Below are positions 30,320 to 32,000 of a stretch of DNA of 32,000 bases, piece after piece. Within the stretch, counting starts at the first letter, position 1. Each line of letters begins with the position of its first letter. The translations under genes were made by a program, and so were the position numbers. The notes beneath the pieces were generated by a model, which was not told the origin of the DNA, did no database searches, and worked only from the letters and a program-made list of their open reading frames with translations. This DNA is from Paramicrosporidium saccamoebae KSL3. Its lineage: Eukaryota; Fungi; Cryptomycota. The stretch lies in assembly GCA_002794465.1 (NCBI GenBank), contig MTSL01000072.1, forward strand, positions 1 through 32,000, given 5' to 3'.

Positions 30320-30807
30320 CGGACAGGTCAGCCGGGGTTCACAACTGACAATGAATCTATAGAACATGTCAAGTGTGAGGATAAAAGCAGAGATTTTGTT
30401 AGTAAACGGAGACGATTTTCTTGTTAAAGCTCGTGGCGCCATTACATATTGACACTCTCATCAACATACTGGATTGTGGAGATGGCCATCTGGGCTGGGG
30501 CCACCAATAATAAACGATTATTATTGTGTGACGTAGAAGACTGATTAGTTGGGTGTTTGAAGATAGTTCACTAGTTTGGAGAAGATCTGGTTGTGTGCTA
30601 AAGTGGATCGCTTTGCTGAATATTTGAAGATTATTACTATGCAACTCGGGAGACTATAAAAGGGCCATTGGATTAAAAATGAACGGGTTCTCTTCCCGCT
30701 TGACAAAGTCCGTGGTATTATCCCCACCATGCGACAGTTGGATAGATTGTTTATTCGAATTCTTGATTCGCAAATATACTCGTTCATATTAAACTAATAC
30801 TAAACTA

Positions 30808-32000
30808 TTATTGACCTACTCCTGGTGTCTTGTGAGTGCTTATCATTTGGAGGACCTGCCTGAGCCCCAAGGCAGAGATGGCACCAAGAAGCAGGCCACA
30901 TCCGATCGCAAGCACCATAATGGTGACTGCCTTTCCGCGATTGACAGCCTTGACTCTAAATGGCGACCACATCATGCACAACGTGCCCACATATCCGCCT
31001 GACAGTGCTTTCAAGGCCATAATTCCCATGAAAATATAGTCGTTTTGGTAGAGGGGACTGAACGGTAGAGTGTAGTTTCGCATTTGCAAGTTGCCAAATA
31101 GAAATAATGGAATCAGAATGACTCGTGCGCAGGCGATGGCAAGAAACGGCATCTTTTTGATAGCAAAGATGCTGATGACAGGAATGGCCTTGCCTATCAG
31201 ATCAAAGATGCTGCTAACAAGGAACGCGAGGACATGGAACAGATCACGGGTGTCACCCTTGGAGGCGGCAATGACCGAATCAGTCATGACAACCAGCATG
31301 GGAGAGGCGGTGAGATTGACCCAAACAAGGATAAGAACGGTGAAAAAGAGATCGTAGATTTCCTTGAACACTTCTGCGGCGGAAGAATGGCCGTTGGCAG
31401 GAATTCCAGTGGCCTTGGCCAGCTTTTCGGCCTCTTCCTGAGCCTCCACTACACTACGACCTTTCCGGAAGTAGTACTTGAACATGTTCAGTGAACGCAT
31501 CACATGGAACATGCCCAGACTAGCCAGAATGACTCCTGTAGTGACACCAAAGTAAACTGTGGCAAAGGAATTGGATGCGGCTGAATCTGAATGGAGGGTC
31601 GATGCAATATGTAGCACAGCACCCGCAACACCAGCAAAGCCATGGCCTACCAGATAGGATTGAGTATACTTTGCCGGAAAATACGTCAAAGTCGTCAGGA
31701 ATGCCGCCTCGGAAAACGCCGAGAACAGCGATCCTAACAGCACCAGTACTAATACCAAATAGTAGAACGTTCTCGCAGCCAAATCCATGACACAAGTCAC
31801 TCCCATCACTGCAAACACTAACGTGTTGCCAACAATGGACCAGATGATTTGCGAATCGGGCTCTACTCGTTTCGTCACGGAAATGCCCGACACTAAAAAT
31901 ACAAACTTCATCGCCATGAAAATCAACGTAAAGTAGGCGATAAAGTTTTCTGCCTCTGGAACAGTGCTCAAGCGAGCTTCAAAGTACTTGTTCGAGAAGA
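30808..32000 (-). CDS. Equilibrative nucleoside transporter (ENT/SLC29, FUN26-like); N-terminus lies outside the window
   Basis: The frame is open to the window edge (FSNKYFEARL). Many TM helices, with FPAKYTQSYLVGHGFAG, FDLIGK, RVILIPLFL and SGGY.GTL.M..P patterns. Confidence 0.88.
   Translation of the reverse strand, partial: FSNKYFEARLSTVPEAENFIAYFTLIFMAMKFVFLVSGISVTKRVEPDSQIIWSIVGNTLVFAVMGVTCVMDLAARTFYYLVLVLVLLGSLFSAFSEAAFLTTLTYFPAKYTQSYLVGHGFAGVAGAVLHIASTLHSDSAASNSFATVYFGVTTGVILASLGMFHVMRSLNMFKYYFRKGRSVVEAQEEAEKLAKATGIPANGHSSAAEVFKEIYDLFFTVLILVWVNLTASPMLVVMTDSVIAASKGDTRDLFHVLAFLVSSIFDLIGKAIPVISIFAIKKMPFLAIACARVILIPLFLFGNLQMRNYTLPFSPLYQNDYIFMGIMALKALSGGYVGTLCMMWSPFRVKAVNRGKAVTIMVLAIGCGLLLGAISALGLRQVLQMISTHKTPGVGQ

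Overview
Gene-dense eukaryotic (fungal-like) nuclear DNA, not prokaryotic. Splicing together the ORF-track fragments gives about 23 protein-coding genes. I reconstructed 22 GT-AG introns: 20 are only 28-37 nt and two are longer (94 and 178 nt). Housekeeping genes in order: YIF1, ERV29, RPL6, p23/SBA1, EAF, RPL24, HMG-CoA lyase, ATP10, G6PD, NSE4, GUF1, WIP/verprolin, CDC45, TilS, CPSF2, CSL4, UTP22 and an equilibrative nucleoside transporter (truncated at the window edge). Tiny introns, very short intergenic gaps and retained mitochondrial-translation/ATP-synthase assembly genes suggest, by inference only, an early-diverging relative of microsporidia (Rozellomycota, Paramicrosporidium-like). 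A 5.5-kb block (about 8160-13700) holds four orphan genes, including two diverged paralogs that share an intron. The best hidden elements are: an H/ACA snoRNA-like structure explaining the one 178-nt intron; a TilS with several normally conserved residues replaced; a 28-bp duplication of the UTP22 stop region that could act as a nascent intron; a 33-bp divergent CPSF2/CSL4 gap centred on an 18-bp near-palindrome; a verprolin with a UVR-like C-terminal extension; and an 11-nt motif shared by both ribosomal-protein introns. No tRNA, rRNA, CRISPR or transposase was recognised. All calls are by-eye, with no database searches.
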